Assembly: GCA_965223265.1 (NCBI GenBank)
Contig: OZ244999.1
Coordinates: forward strand, 8,768,001-8,832,000
Reading direction: 5' to 3'
Length of the DNA: 64,000 nucleotides
Origin: Planctomycetota bacterium
GTDB lineage: Bacteria; Planctomycetota; UBA8108; SXIK01
The notes under the pieces were generated by a model. The model was not told the DNA's origin and searched no databases. It saw nothing but the letters and a program-made list of their open reading frames with translations. Position numbers and translations under genes: made by a program. Of the stretch, positions 31,301 to 39,835 are shown piece after piece (position 1 is the stretch's first letter; every line of letters begins with the position of its first letter).

Positions 31301-31652
31301 CGACCTGCTGGCAGATGACAAGTGCCTCCTTCGTTGCCAGGCGTGATCGCGCCAGCCTGGCGGCGAGGCTTTCGCCCTCAATCAATTCAAGAACGAGGAA
31401 TTTGCCGCCGTCCGCCGTCTCGTCGAAGCCGTAAATGGCTGCGATGTTGGGGTGGTTGAAGCGGGCGAGAAGTTTGGCCTCGCGCACGAAACGCGACAGC
31501 TGCACCGCGTCGCTGGCCAGCGACTCAGAGAGCACCTTGATCGCCACGGGACGATCGAGCCGCGGGTCGCGGGCGCGGTAGACGACGCCCATACCGCCGC
31601 GCCCGAGCTCGGCGTCGACAGGGTAGCGACCGATGGTTTCTGGGAGCGTCAT
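28326..31652 (-). CDS. Ser/Thr protein kinase fused to STAND-type ATPase and TPR repeats
   Basis: LGRGGMGVVY, VAIK, HRDLKPHN, DFG, GTPSYMSPEQ; Walker A GAGGSGKT, Walker B VILDNCEH, GLPLALELAAAR; C-terminal TPRs. Confidence 0.93.
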   Translation of the reverse strand: MTLPETIGRYPVDAELGRGGMGVVYRARDPRLDRPVAIKVLSESLASDAVQLSRFVREAKLLARFNHPNIAAIYGFDETADGGKFLVLELIEGESLAARLARSRLATKEALVICQQVAAALVAAHSRGIVHRDLKPHNVLINLEGVVKVVDFGLAKSVHSPFAGEPAEAGETITVATTEVPTYESADVSFQTQAGTIMGTPSYMSPEQIRGRDVDQRSDLFAFGCLLFECLTGARAFRGETLSDLIAATLQSQPNWDAVVDVPEGIRRLLRSCLEKNADERLTDAASAHAAIDAALGTPTSVRVERERVGETPHNLPRSLSSFVGRQHELEQVTELFGETRLLTLTGAGGSGKTRLALQVARDILPEFTDGAWLVDLSAIMDPERIDATFMAALKLREDGKHSSRETILEGLATKECVVILDNCEHLSAPCADLVEQVLERCPNVKVMVTSREALSIAGETLFLVPSLSVYSAVENATAAALETSESGQLFVERARAAKPGFRLSDDNAPHIARICERLDGLPLALELAAARVRSMTPEEIAAKLSESFRLLTGGRRTALPRQQTMRAAFDWSFRLLSDVEQLLFARLAVFAGGFSLEAAESVCGELPSAASPDEPCFGECEVIDVLTALVEKSLVTYSETQDGHSRYRLLETGRQYGLEELLRRGGQDELRRRHLAFFTRLATEAEPHLVGHGQQEWLVKLQAERGNIGAALEWCSSNAANAATSDRRDDPDGALPAGEAAAQLIGPIWRFWTVLGNFASGRQLTEAALSLKAPPSVSRVKLLTGAGVLLRYQADYVAAESRLEEALAMAGEIDDRDGVAQALSSLAMVKLFSRRYSIEEVEPILDECLKLYRELGDRRGIANALNTIGWIAQRRGDIEKARELHDETLATRESLGDQHGVATALSSLGLMELDQGDYAAATGHFERSLDIFRQLNARGGVSWVLGNLGLLRFREGDSESARRTLEESLGFRRELRDHVGVGINLADLTTVLARLNEGAETTATLTECVELAGKLGPVPVGILCLEAAGDVALSRAQDELAAQLYGLAWTLRKTETSLVESLRRQQSATPEAARDRLGTAEFDRAWESGTELSFETGLSLVERQLIA

Positions 31653-32108
31653 AGAGTTGTGCCGTGTTCGTAAGTCGTGTGGTGACCATCGCATCGCTCG
31701 GCCAGAGAGACGAGCGATTCTCGTAACGAGGCGTCCATGCTGCGCGCCTCGGCCGACTCCGGGGCCGGCGCGGAACCTTGACTATACCGCCGGGCAGCGT
31801 GAGATCCATCCTGGCGGCAAGCCCCAGATCGGTCGCTCCGCGTCCGGTCGGCCGGGGTGTGACCATCGATTTCGAGCTTTCGCCAGCGTGGTCACCTCCT
31901 CGGCAGGCTGTTTCGACCGTGCAGGGTCGAGATCGCAGGGCAGAATACCCCTGGACGACGACTCACTTTCCACTGAGAATATCCGCCTCGTTCCCGCCGA
32001 GTCGGCTCGGAATGGCGACCAATTGAACATCGAGAGCCGAAGCAGCGGACGGACGGCTGAAGAAAGATTTCGACAAATACCTCCGACGGAGAGACGGTGA
32101 GACGAACG

Positions 32109-32975
32109 ATGAAGACGAACCAAGTGGCTGTCTGGGTTTCGTTGTTGATGCTAGCGGTTCTGGGCGGGAGTGCGTGTGAGAATGGAAGCGCACCGACTGA
32201 CGACAAAGCGACGGGTGCGGACACGACCACGGGTGATGCGAAGGCGAAGGCTGACGCCGCTGCCGGGGACGCCGTCAAGACGACGGAAGACGCTGCTGCG
32301 AAAGCGAGTGCTACCGCTGACGACGTCGTCAAGGCGAGCAAAGATGCGGCGGCGAAAGCTGTCGAGGAATCGAAGGCGAAGGTGGAACCAGTGATTCAAT
32401 CGATTGAGACGTTCATCGGTCAGGCCAATGTCGACAAAGAGAACTCCAACTGGCGCACGTCGCTTCCGAAACCGCCCAAGGCCACGTTTCCTGAGGGCGC
32501 GACCTATTTCTGGAATCTCAAAACGAACAAAGGTGACATCACCGTGAGTCTGATGCCGAATGTCGCTCCGATGCACGTCACCAGCACGATTTACCTGACG
32601 CTGCTTGGGTTCTACGATGGGCTCATCTTTCACCGTGTGATTCCTGGGTTCATGGCTCAAGGCGGCTGCCCGCTCGGGAGGGGCACCGGCGGACCGGGTT
32701 ATCAGTACCAAGGTGAGTTCGACCGGTCGGTGCGCCACGACCGTCCCGGTCTTCTCAGCATGGCGAACGCCGGACCAGGAACCGACGGCAGCCAGTTCTT
32801 CTTGACGTTCGTGCCGACGCCTCATCTCGATGGTAGGCACACGATTTTCGGCGAAGTCACGGCTGGACTCGAAACCCTGAAGGCTTTAGAAGCATTGGGC
32901 TCTCGCTCTGGCGCCACGAGCGAGCGGCTGGTGATCGAAAAGGCGACGATCACGACGGGGGACGACGCCCGCTGA
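32109..32975 (+). CDS. Cyclophilin-type peptidyl-prolyl isomerase, lipoprotein
   Basis: FHRVIPGFMAQGG, LSMANAGPGTDGSQFF, HLDGRHTIFG; N-terminal GSAC lipobox and Ala/Lys/Asp linker. Confidence 0.93.
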   Translation: MKTNQVAVWVSLLMLAVLGGSACENGSAPTDDKATGADTTTGDAKAKADAAAGDAVKTTEDAAAKASATADDVVKASKDAAAKAVEESKAKVEPVIQSIETFIGQANVDKENSNWRTSLPKPPKATFPEGATYFWNLKTNKGDITVSLMPNVAPMHVTSTIYLTLLGFYDGLIFHRVIPGFMAQGGCPLGRGTGGPGYQYQGEFDRSVRHDRPGLLSMANAGPGTDGSQFFLTFVPTPHLDGRHTIFGEVTAGLETLKALEALGSRSGATSERLVIEKATITTGDDAR

Positions 32976-33452
32976 AGAGCGGCGGGCTCGCGCCTCTCCG
33001 AGGGTCCGGTCGGCAAACAGAAGGAACGCAACCGTGGGCCCGGAGGCGGGGCTCGTCGGCAGCAGGTACACATTCAGACTCTGCGCGGGGCGAAGCCTCT
33101 ACCGCCATCGTGCGGACTCTTGGGACCTCGAAATCGCTACCGGTCGGTCGGCGAGCCATGTTCGATCGCAGGCCCTCCATGGGCTGGCAAGGTGACCACA
33201 CAGGGGGTCTGCGTTCGGGGCCGGCGCGCTGGCTCCTACCCGATCACTTCTCGAGATTTTCTCGGTCGCGTCCCATAATCTCTTCAGGCTCTCGTACCTT
33301 CCAGCCGAAGAGAAGGTTCTCGGAAGGCGCCTGCGTGAGGCGATCTTCCGGAAATCCTCGGCTGTCTCTTGCCGCACGCGGCGCGTGCAGGATCAGCGCA
33401 GAGCGGCCGGAGTCTGACGACTGTCGGAATGGTGAGCTGATCGGAGGAGCGC

Positions 33453-34610
33453 ATGGCTTGGCAGACGATCAACGAGGCGGGCAGGCATCGAGTCGTTGTC
33501 ACGCGCGATCTACCTGGAGAGAGGTGGCGGCAGACACTCATCGACGCCGACTGCCGCATCGAAGTGAGGCAAGAAGAGGAAGGCTCGATGCGACCTTTGG
33601 GTACCGATGCGCTGAGAGCCGCCATCGGCGAGCGCTGTGACGCCGTGATCGGTCAACTCAATGAGCGCTGGGACTTCGAGCTTTTCGAAGCACTCCGGCG
33701 TGCAGGCGGCCGCGTCTACAACAACTTCGCGGCGGGGTATGACAACGTCGATGTCGTTGCAGCGACGGCCCGCAAGATCGCAGTCGGCAACACACCTTCG
33801 GTGCTGACTCGAGCTACCGTCGAGCTCGCGGCGGCGTTGACATTTGCTGCGGCGCGGCGGTTGGGGGAGGCGGAAGTCTATCTGCGCGTCGGTAAGTTTG
33901 ACGGTTGGTCCCCGAAGCTATTTCTCGGCAAAGAGCTTTACGGGGCGCGGCTAGGAGTCGTTGGAGCAGGACGCATAGGAAGTGCTTACGCTCGACTCAT
34001 GGGCGGCTGCGGCATGAACGTGTCGTATTTCGATGCCGAAAGAAACCTCGAGCTCGAGAACTACTTCACTCGCTGGAGCGAAATCGTCACGTCGCAAACG
34101 GCGCCGAGGTCCGTGTGCACCTTTGTTCCTGATCTCGATCAACTCCTCGCCGAGAGCGACGTCGTGTCGCTCCACGTGCCGCTTGAGGAGAGCACGCGTC
34201 ACTTGATTTCTGCGGAGCGCTTGGCGCGCATGAAGCCCGACGCGATTTTGATCAACACGAGTCGCGGAGCGGTGATCGATGAGGCCGCATTGGTTGCTCA
34301 CCTACGCGCTTGCCCCGAGTTTCGTGTCGGGCTCGACGTCTTCGAAAACGAGCCAGCACTCGAGCCGGGGCTCGACGAACTACCGAACGCGGTTCTCTTG
34401 CCGCACGTTGGCAGCGCGACAACACGGGCTCGTGAAGGGATGGCTGTCGTCGCCGCGGCCAACGTCGCGTGCATCCTACGCGGCGATCCGGTAGCGACGA
34501 CGGCGGTCTCTGAGAATTACGGCGAGGAAGAAACACCGCGGGCGGCGCCTTCGATCGTCAACTGCCGTGAGCTCGGCCTCGAGATCGTCCAAACCAAAGA
34601 GAAGGCGTAG
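33453..34610 (+). CDS. D-glycerate dehydrogenase / hydroxypyruvate reductase (D-2-hydroxyacid dehydrogenase family)
   Basis: GAGRIG Rossmann motif, NTSRG, GLDVFENEP, PHVGSA. Confidence 0.9.
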   Translation: MAWQTINEAGRHRVVVTRDLPGERWRQTLIDADCRIEVRQEEEGSMRPLGTDALRAAIGERCDAVIGQLNERWDFELFEALRRAGGRVYNNFAAGYDNVDVVAATARKIAVGNTPSVLTRATVELAAALTFAAARRLGEAEVYLRVGKFDGWSPKLFLGKELYGARLGVVGAGRIGSAYARLMGGCGMNVSYFDAERNLELENYFTRWSEIVTSQTAPRSVCTFVPDLDQLLAESDVVSLHVPLEESTRHLISAERLARMKPDAILINTSRGAVIDEAALVAHLRACPEFRVGLDVFENEPALEPGLDELPNAVLLPHVGSATTRAREGMAVVAAANVACILRGDPVATTAVSENYGEEETPRAAPSIVNCRELGLEIVQTKEKA

Positions 34611-34734
34611 CCGCCGCTCCAGACAGCACCCGTGCGCGACGGCGCGATCGCGTCCGGTTCAGCTTGCGCGGGGGAGTCCGTATGTGCCACACTGGCTCCC
34701 ATCAGTCTCCCCCGACCAGATGAGAGAGGATTTC

Positions 34735-35997
34735 ATGCTGAGAATGAGCCGCAGTGGTGAACGTGCACCTCGACTTTTGCTTTCGATCATTCGTTTCGCC
34801 GTCGTCCTTGTCACGGGCGTCGCGGTATGTCTCTCGGACACCGTCGCGTCTGAGTTCGCCATCCGCGTGCAGGCGGGAAATCACGATCGCTCCGCGACAC
34901 CCGTGCGCGTTGATCTGCCGGACGGACTCCAGCTTCGAGGCGAGTATCGATTGATCTCCCCCGACAGCGGCGATGCGGTTGCCGTGCAGCTGGTCGCCGA
35001 CGGCAGAGCGATCGAATTCATTCTCGATCAACCGCTCGCTGCGGGCGCTGCGCGAACGTATCGTCTCGAGAAAGGCATCTCGACGCACGGCCTCGAGCTC
35101 ATCGATCGTGACGGACGCCAAGCGCTCTTTCGTTACGGCGGGAAGAACATCCTGCGCTACAACTACGGCACGATGGAGCCGCCGGAGGGAATCGAACCGA
35201 TCTATGCGCGAAGCGGATACATTCATCCGCTATGGAGTCCTTCCGGGCGTGTGGTGTCGAACGATTTCCCGCTGCGCCATAAGCACCACCACGGAGTCTG
35301 GTTTCCTTGGACGAAGACCGTCTTCGAAGGCCGCGAGGTCGACTTCTGGAACATGGGTGCCGGCAAAGGACTCGTCGAAAGCGTCGGCGTCGACCGTCGC
35401 TACAGCGGCAATGTCTTCGCGGGGTTCACAGCGCGTCACCGCTTCATCGATTTGAAAGCACCGGACGGACCGAAGCCCGCGCTCAACGAGGTTTGGGACG
35501 TCAAGGTCTACGCCCTGGACCGTTACTTCGTCGTCGATTTCGAATCGATCCAGGAGTGTGCTTCGGATTCCCCGCTCGAGCTCAAGCAAAACCGCTACGG
35601 TGGATTCGGGTTCCGAGGCTCCGGTGAATGGGAAGGCGAGACCGGCTGTGCGTTTCTCACTAGCGAAGGCAAGACGCGGCTCGACGGTCATGCTACCTCG
35701 GCGCGCTGGTGTGCGATCTACGGCAAGGTCGATGGCGCTGACTGCGGCGTCACATTCTTTGGCCATCCCGAGAATTTTCGCGCGCCGCAGCGCATGCGCC
35801 TCCATCCTAAGGAGCCGTTCTTCAACTTCGCGCCGTGTCAGAACGGTGATTTCAAGATCAAGCCGGGAGAACCCTACCGCTCGCGCTATCGCTTCGTCGT
35901 CTACGATGGTCGTCCCGAGGTGGCGGAGATGGAACGGCTGTGGTACGACTACTCCGAGCCGCCAGTTGCCGCCGTGGTGCTGTCGTCCAAGCAGTGA
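34735..35997 (+). CDS. DUF6807 / 'PmoA-like' family exported protein (not a true methane monooxygenase)
   Basis: RSGYIHPLWSPSG, HKHHHGVWF, YGGFGFRG, HPENFRAP; AGAGGA upstream of ATG 34735. Confidence 0.8.
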   Translation: MLRMSRSGERAPRLLLSIIRFAVVLVTGVAVCLSDTVASEFAIRVQAGNHDRSATPVRVDLPDGLQLRGEYRLISPDSGDAVAVQLVADGRAIEFILDQPLAAGAARTYRLEKGISTHGLELIDRDGRQALFRYGGKNILRYNYGTMEPPEGIEPIYARSGYIHPLWSPSGRVVSNDFPLRHKHHHGVWFPWTKTVFEGREVDFWNMGAGKGLVESVGVDRRYSGNVFAGFTARHRFIDLKAPDGPKPALNEVWDVKVYALDRYFVVDFESIQECASDSPLELKQNRYGGFGFRGSGEWEGETGCAFLTSEGKTRLDGHATSARWCAIYGKVDGADCGVTFFGHPENFRAPQRMRLHPKEPFFNFAPCQNGDFKIKPGEPYRSRYRFVVYDGRPEVAEMERLWYDYSEPPVAAVVLSSKQ

Positions 35998-36045
35998 GCC
36001 GCGGGGGCAGAACGTGCGACGCGTGCGGAGAGAGGTGCTCTCTCC

Positions 36046-36342
36046 TTACTCGAACAGAGCGGCGGTTTCTTCGTCAGTGAGAAAGACGAACAGCTCCTCA
36101 TCGTCAGGAACGTCGTCGGAGAGGATGCCGAGTTCTTTCAAGAACGACACCGACGGAACGTTGTAGGCGCCGCGAAGTTCGAGGAGCGCCTTGCCGTCGA
36201 GGTCGCCGTCGACGTATCTCAGGCCGACCGCGAACGGGCGTTCAATCGACAGAATCTTGTAGATGGCTTCGTTGTGGATCAGAAATTGACCAGCCCGGAC
36301 GCAGTCGGCCGGGAGGCGCTTCATCGCGCGTGCTGTGATCAT
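36046..36342 (-). CDS. Small hypothetical protein
   Basis: 98-aa ORF with globular-looking composition and acidic C-terminus; start uncertain. Confidence 0.6.
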   Translation of the reverse strand: MITARAMKRLPADCVRAGQFLIHNEAIYKILSIERPFAVGLRYVDGDLDGKALLELRGAYNVPSVSFLKELGILSDDVPDDEELFVFLTDEETAALFE

Positions 36343-36485
36343 CGCTGGTTCCGGTGGTGGAGGGGCTTGAGGTGGGGAGGGCGAGGGAAAACAGGCTAGG
36401 TAAGGAGTCGGAGATCTCTCAGCAGTTGTAACGAGCAAGCACCGTACCGGTGTTTTCGTGTTTTCTTAGCCAGGGGTGAAACAGC

Positions 36486-36583
36486 CGGCGAAACGCAGTC
36501 TCTTGAGAAAGTTCTCCGAGGTTGCTTGTGTCTTGCTGGGCGTGAACGAGCCAGTTTCTCGAACTAGTTTCGTCCACAGCTGC
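36486..36583. mobile_element. Decayed partial copy of the 27961 MITE
   Basis: Shares, in order, GGCGAA(A)CGCAG, CGAGG, CTGGGCGTGAA..GCC.GTTTCTC and terminal GCTGCT with the MITE right half. Confidence 0.55.
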
Positions 36584-36698
36584 TCGTGCTGCACGACTGC
36601 GGTGTGTCCAGTTGATGGACACCGGAATTCCGCGGACGAACGTCCAAGTCTTAGACGTCCGCAAACGTGGCGAGTACGCGCGCCGAGTTTCTGCGGGT

Positions 36699-38654
36699 TC
36701 AGCGGTGCTCTTCGCCGCGCAGGAGCGGCTTGACGCGCCAGTCGGCGCGTTCGCCGAAGCGGAAGTTTTGACCCGCGTGACCGGCGTGTTGGTCTCGATA
36801 AATGGCCCGGATAGCGGCTGTCTCTAAGGGCGGGACGACCAGGAAGCAGGCTGCGAGAGCCACGACGGCCAGGCGCAGCCGGCCGCGGAAATCGGTCGCT
36901 TGCTCCGGCACGTCGATCTTTTCACGCTCCGGAAGCGTGAACAGCAAGAGGGTGCAGATGAGCGCGTTCATCAGGATCACCCATTCGGTAAGGAGTCGCT
37001 GTGGGTGAAAGGAGACGATCGCCTTTGTTGCGTTGCCGATCGTGAAGACCCAAAGGAGAAGAAAGTATGCCAGCTGCCCTCGACCCAGCCAGGTCATGGA
37101 GAAGATTCCCAAAGGCCGGTGACAGTGAAGCCAGAGGACGATCCCCGCGACGACGAGGGCCGTCCAGGCGAAGGAGTTGAACCAGAAGAGCGCCGACGGC
37201 GCGGCATCAAAGAACTCCTCGAGCTTGATCAAGGGAGGATGCATGCTGGCTGGAACGGACTTCGCTCTCGTCCAGTCGTTGACGTTCTTCACCATGTTGA
37301 CGTAGATCACGATCGGTAGTGCGAAGAAGATCGCGAAACCTTCCGTCCACCGGCTGCGCGGGGCATGGTCGTTCAGCGGGCCTGTGCGATTGACGAGGAG
37401 CGCCATCGCGATCGCGACACCGACGCCGTTGACGAAACCGTAGGACTGTTCGAGGAAGCTGTGCCAGTTCTGGTGTTGCCAGTGTTGCCACGCCTCGACG
37501 ACTGCAGGGTCGCTGACAATGTTTGGATTGCCAAACGAAACCAAGACAAGTTTCAGCCACACCATGCCAGAGAAACCGATGCCGCCGATCAAGCCGCAGA
37601 CCACGGAGGCGTACACGATCGAACGGAGGCCGCTACGGAGAAAGTAGATATAGGCCCCGGCGACAAGTCCGAGGACTCCAGCCCAGTTGTCACCACGCGG
37701 CTCGGTCATGCGTAGTCCGAGCAGGACTGGCAGCAAAAGGAACACCGCAAACCAACCGAGGCACATGTGCAGAAAGAGAGAAGATCCGCAGCGGAATTTG
37801 CCATACCGGCAAAAGTAAACCGCGACACCAACGATCGCACCGAGTCCCCAGCCGATGTGAGCCTTTGCATGAGTCAAGAAAAGCGGCCAGTTCGTCACCA
37901 AGCGGGCCTTCTCGAACTGATCGCTGTCACCATGATGCCGCGTCAGCAAATCGGCGATGACTTCTGAGAGCCCGACCACGCTGAGGAGCCTGTGAATGAT
38001 GAAGCCGAACACCGCCCCGAGGGCAACGAAGAGCGCGAGACGGCCAAGGTTGTCGCCGCGTCGATTCCACACGTCGAATACGAGGAGTGCAGCAATGGCT
38101 GCTAAGACTTGCAACCAATCGCTGTCGAGCCAATAGAAGGCTCGTTCGTGCCTTCTCAGTCCCTCCAAGGTCTCTTCCGGGGTCCATTTCAGTTCGAGAG
38201 TGTTCAGCACACCGTCGCGGAAGAAATAGAGAAAGATCTGGGCTGCGATGATGAAACCAAGCGGCTTGAAAAGCTCCGTGAGAGCGCGTCGTTCGAGTAC
38301 TGCGGGGAGGGCGGTCCCGGCGCCACCAAGGGATGCCCACAGATAGCCGAGAACGAAGAGCATCGCGAAGCCGTACGCAACGCTTTCGCGATGCCCAGAG
38401 TGGGTATAGGAAACGACCTGCATGTACGAGAATGAGCCGCCGAGTCCCCAACCGACAGCGCCGAAGAAAGCGAAATACGCGACGCGCTGGCGCCAGTCTT
38501 GCCTTCCGGAGAGAAGGCAAACGGCGATCGCAGTCAGCGCACCCGGTAGCATGGCGCCGAATTCGTGACCGTAGTTACCGCGGATTCCCCAGCCGATCGA
38601 AAGCGACAGCGCCGCGAACAGGATGTGGGTTGGCTTGAAGAGAGGGTTCATCAT
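36699..38654 (-). CDS. Hypothetical polytopic membrane protein
   Basis: 651 aa with many hydrophobic segments; GWGIRGNYGHEFGA N-terminal motif. Confidence 0.8.
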   Translation of the reverse strand: MMNPLFKPTHILFAALSLSIGWGIRGNYGHEFGAMLPGALTAIAVCLLSGRQDWRQRVAYFAFFGAVGWGLGGSFSYMQVVSYTHSGHRESVAYGFAMLFVLGYLWASLGGAGTALPAVLERRALTELFKPLGFIIAAQIFLYFFRDGVLNTLELKWTPEETLEGLRRHERAFYWLDSDWLQVLAAIAALLVFDVWNRRGDNLGRLALFVALGAVFGFIIHRLLSVVGLSEVIADLLTRHHGDSDQFEKARLVTNWPLFLTHAKAHIGWGLGAIVGVAVYFCRYGKFRCGSSLFLHMCLGWFAVFLLLPVLLGLRMTEPRGDNWAGVLGLVAGAYIYFLRSGLRSIVYASVVCGLIGGIGFSGMVWLKLVLVSFGNPNIVSDPAVVEAWQHWQHQNWHSFLEQSYGFVNGVGVAIAMALLVNRTGPLNDHAPRSRWTEGFAIFFALPIVIYVNMVKNVNDWTRAKSVPASMHPPLIKLEEFFDAAPSALFWFNSFAWTALVVAGIVLWLHCHRPLGIFSMTWLGRGQLAYFLLLWVFTIGNATKAIVSFHPQRLLTEWVILMNALICTLLLFTLPEREKIDVPEQATDFRGRLRLAVVALAACFLVVPPLETAAIRAIYRDQHAGHAGQNFRFGERADWRVKPLLRGEEHR

Positions 38655-38971
38655 CGAAATCGGGCAGGGTGCTCTCCCCGGGGTTCGCCATAGCTTCGGA
38701 AGCTTTGTGTAGCCGAGTATAGTTGAACTCGTTTGGCGAAGCTTGCTGCATCTCGCCCGCGCAGAGTCTTGTCCCGAATAAAGGTCTAACTCGTGATGTC
38801 TCGTTCAGCGTTCTCGATCGGGCATGGGGCGGACGTCCGGGCCGCCAGCCGAAGACGTCGCGAAGGATCGCGCCCGATCGAGAACCCGTCGGCCCTGCAC
38901 TCGTGTGCCCTTGGATGCCACGGTGCGACCTTTCTCGGAGACGTCTTCGGAGCGCGACCCAGCTTGTCGCG

Positions 38972-39748
38972 TCACGAAACGCGCGAGCGAATCCTCGCAT
39001 AGGCGTCGCGTGCGGTTTGGATCATGTAACCGAGCTCGCCTCCGACCTGCAGCCACTGACACCCAATGGAAGCGGCGTAGACGGCGAACTCGGGATCAAC
39101 GTCCATACCACTGCCCACGTATCGACCCGCGGCGCGGGCGCGACTGACGATGGATTCGATCGCTTGCCTGACTTCCGGATCGCCGAGCTGGCCGGGCTTA
39201 CCGAGAGAGAACGCGAGGTCGTGAGGGCCGAGCGCGATCGAATCGAGTCCATCGATCTGGAGGATTTCATCGAGGGCGTCGTAACCGCCGCGATTCTCGA
39301 TCTGCACGGCGACGAAGAGCTGGGCGTTGGCCTCAGCGAGGTAGGTCTCGTTCGCCACGTGACCGTAATTCGCTGCGCGTCGTGGCCCGTAGCCACGGCT
39401 GCCCTGCGGCGTGTAGCGACACGCTTCGACGACGCGCCGGACCTCCTCGGCGGAAGTGACTTGCGGCACCAAGACTCCGGGCGCCCCGGTGTCGATCACG
39501 CGCTTGATCATGCCGATGTCACTGGACGGCACGCGGACGATAGCGGGAGTTACGGTCGCGCGCGCCGCCATGAGGTGCGCCTGGAGGCTCTCAAGTCCGA
39601 GCGGCGTGTGCTCGAGATCGAGCCAGACGAAGTCGACCACGGGACCGAGCGCCTCGGTCACCGCTGGATCTGAGACGGAGATCCCAGAGCCAAGACAGAG
39701 GCGTCCAGAGTCAAGGTCGGCGCGAAACTTCTTCATCGCTGCAAACAT
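38972..39748 (-). CDS. HpcH/HpaI aldolase family protein
   Basis: WLDLEH, VRVP, YTPQGSRG, QIEN, GPHDL. Confidence 0.92.
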   Translation of the reverse strand: MFAAMKKFRADLDSGRLCLGSGISVSDPAVTEALGPVVDFVWLDLEHTPLGLESLQAHLMAARATVTPAIVRVPSSDIGMIKRVIDTGAPGVLVPQVTSAEEVRRVVEACRYTPQGSRGYGPRRAANYGHVANETYLAEANAQLFVAVQIENRGGYDALDEILQIDGLDSIALGPHDLAFSLGKPGQLGDPEVRQAIESIVSRARAAGRYVGSGMDVDPEFAVYAASIGCQWLQVGGELGYMIQTARDAYARIRSRVS

Positions 39749-39835
39749 GTGAAGATTCCTTCGTCTTGGTTGTGGTGTGTCCGGATCGAGGGTGCGCGGG
39801 TTGTGATTGGGCCACCCGTCGGAGAGCGCCCCTGA

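Noticed and set aside
32976-33452. Possible ncRNA or small gene in the ~480-bp spacer
   Set aside because: No recognisable riboswitch core, repeat or credible ORF.
34735-35997. Particulate methane monooxygenase
   Set aside because: Soluble exported protein of the misleadingly named PmoA-like family; no pmoB/pmoC and no multi-TM profile.
38723-39673. 316-aa + strand ORF and similar long antisense ORFs elsewhere
   Set aside because: Shadows of well-supported opposite-strand genes, expected at this GC content.
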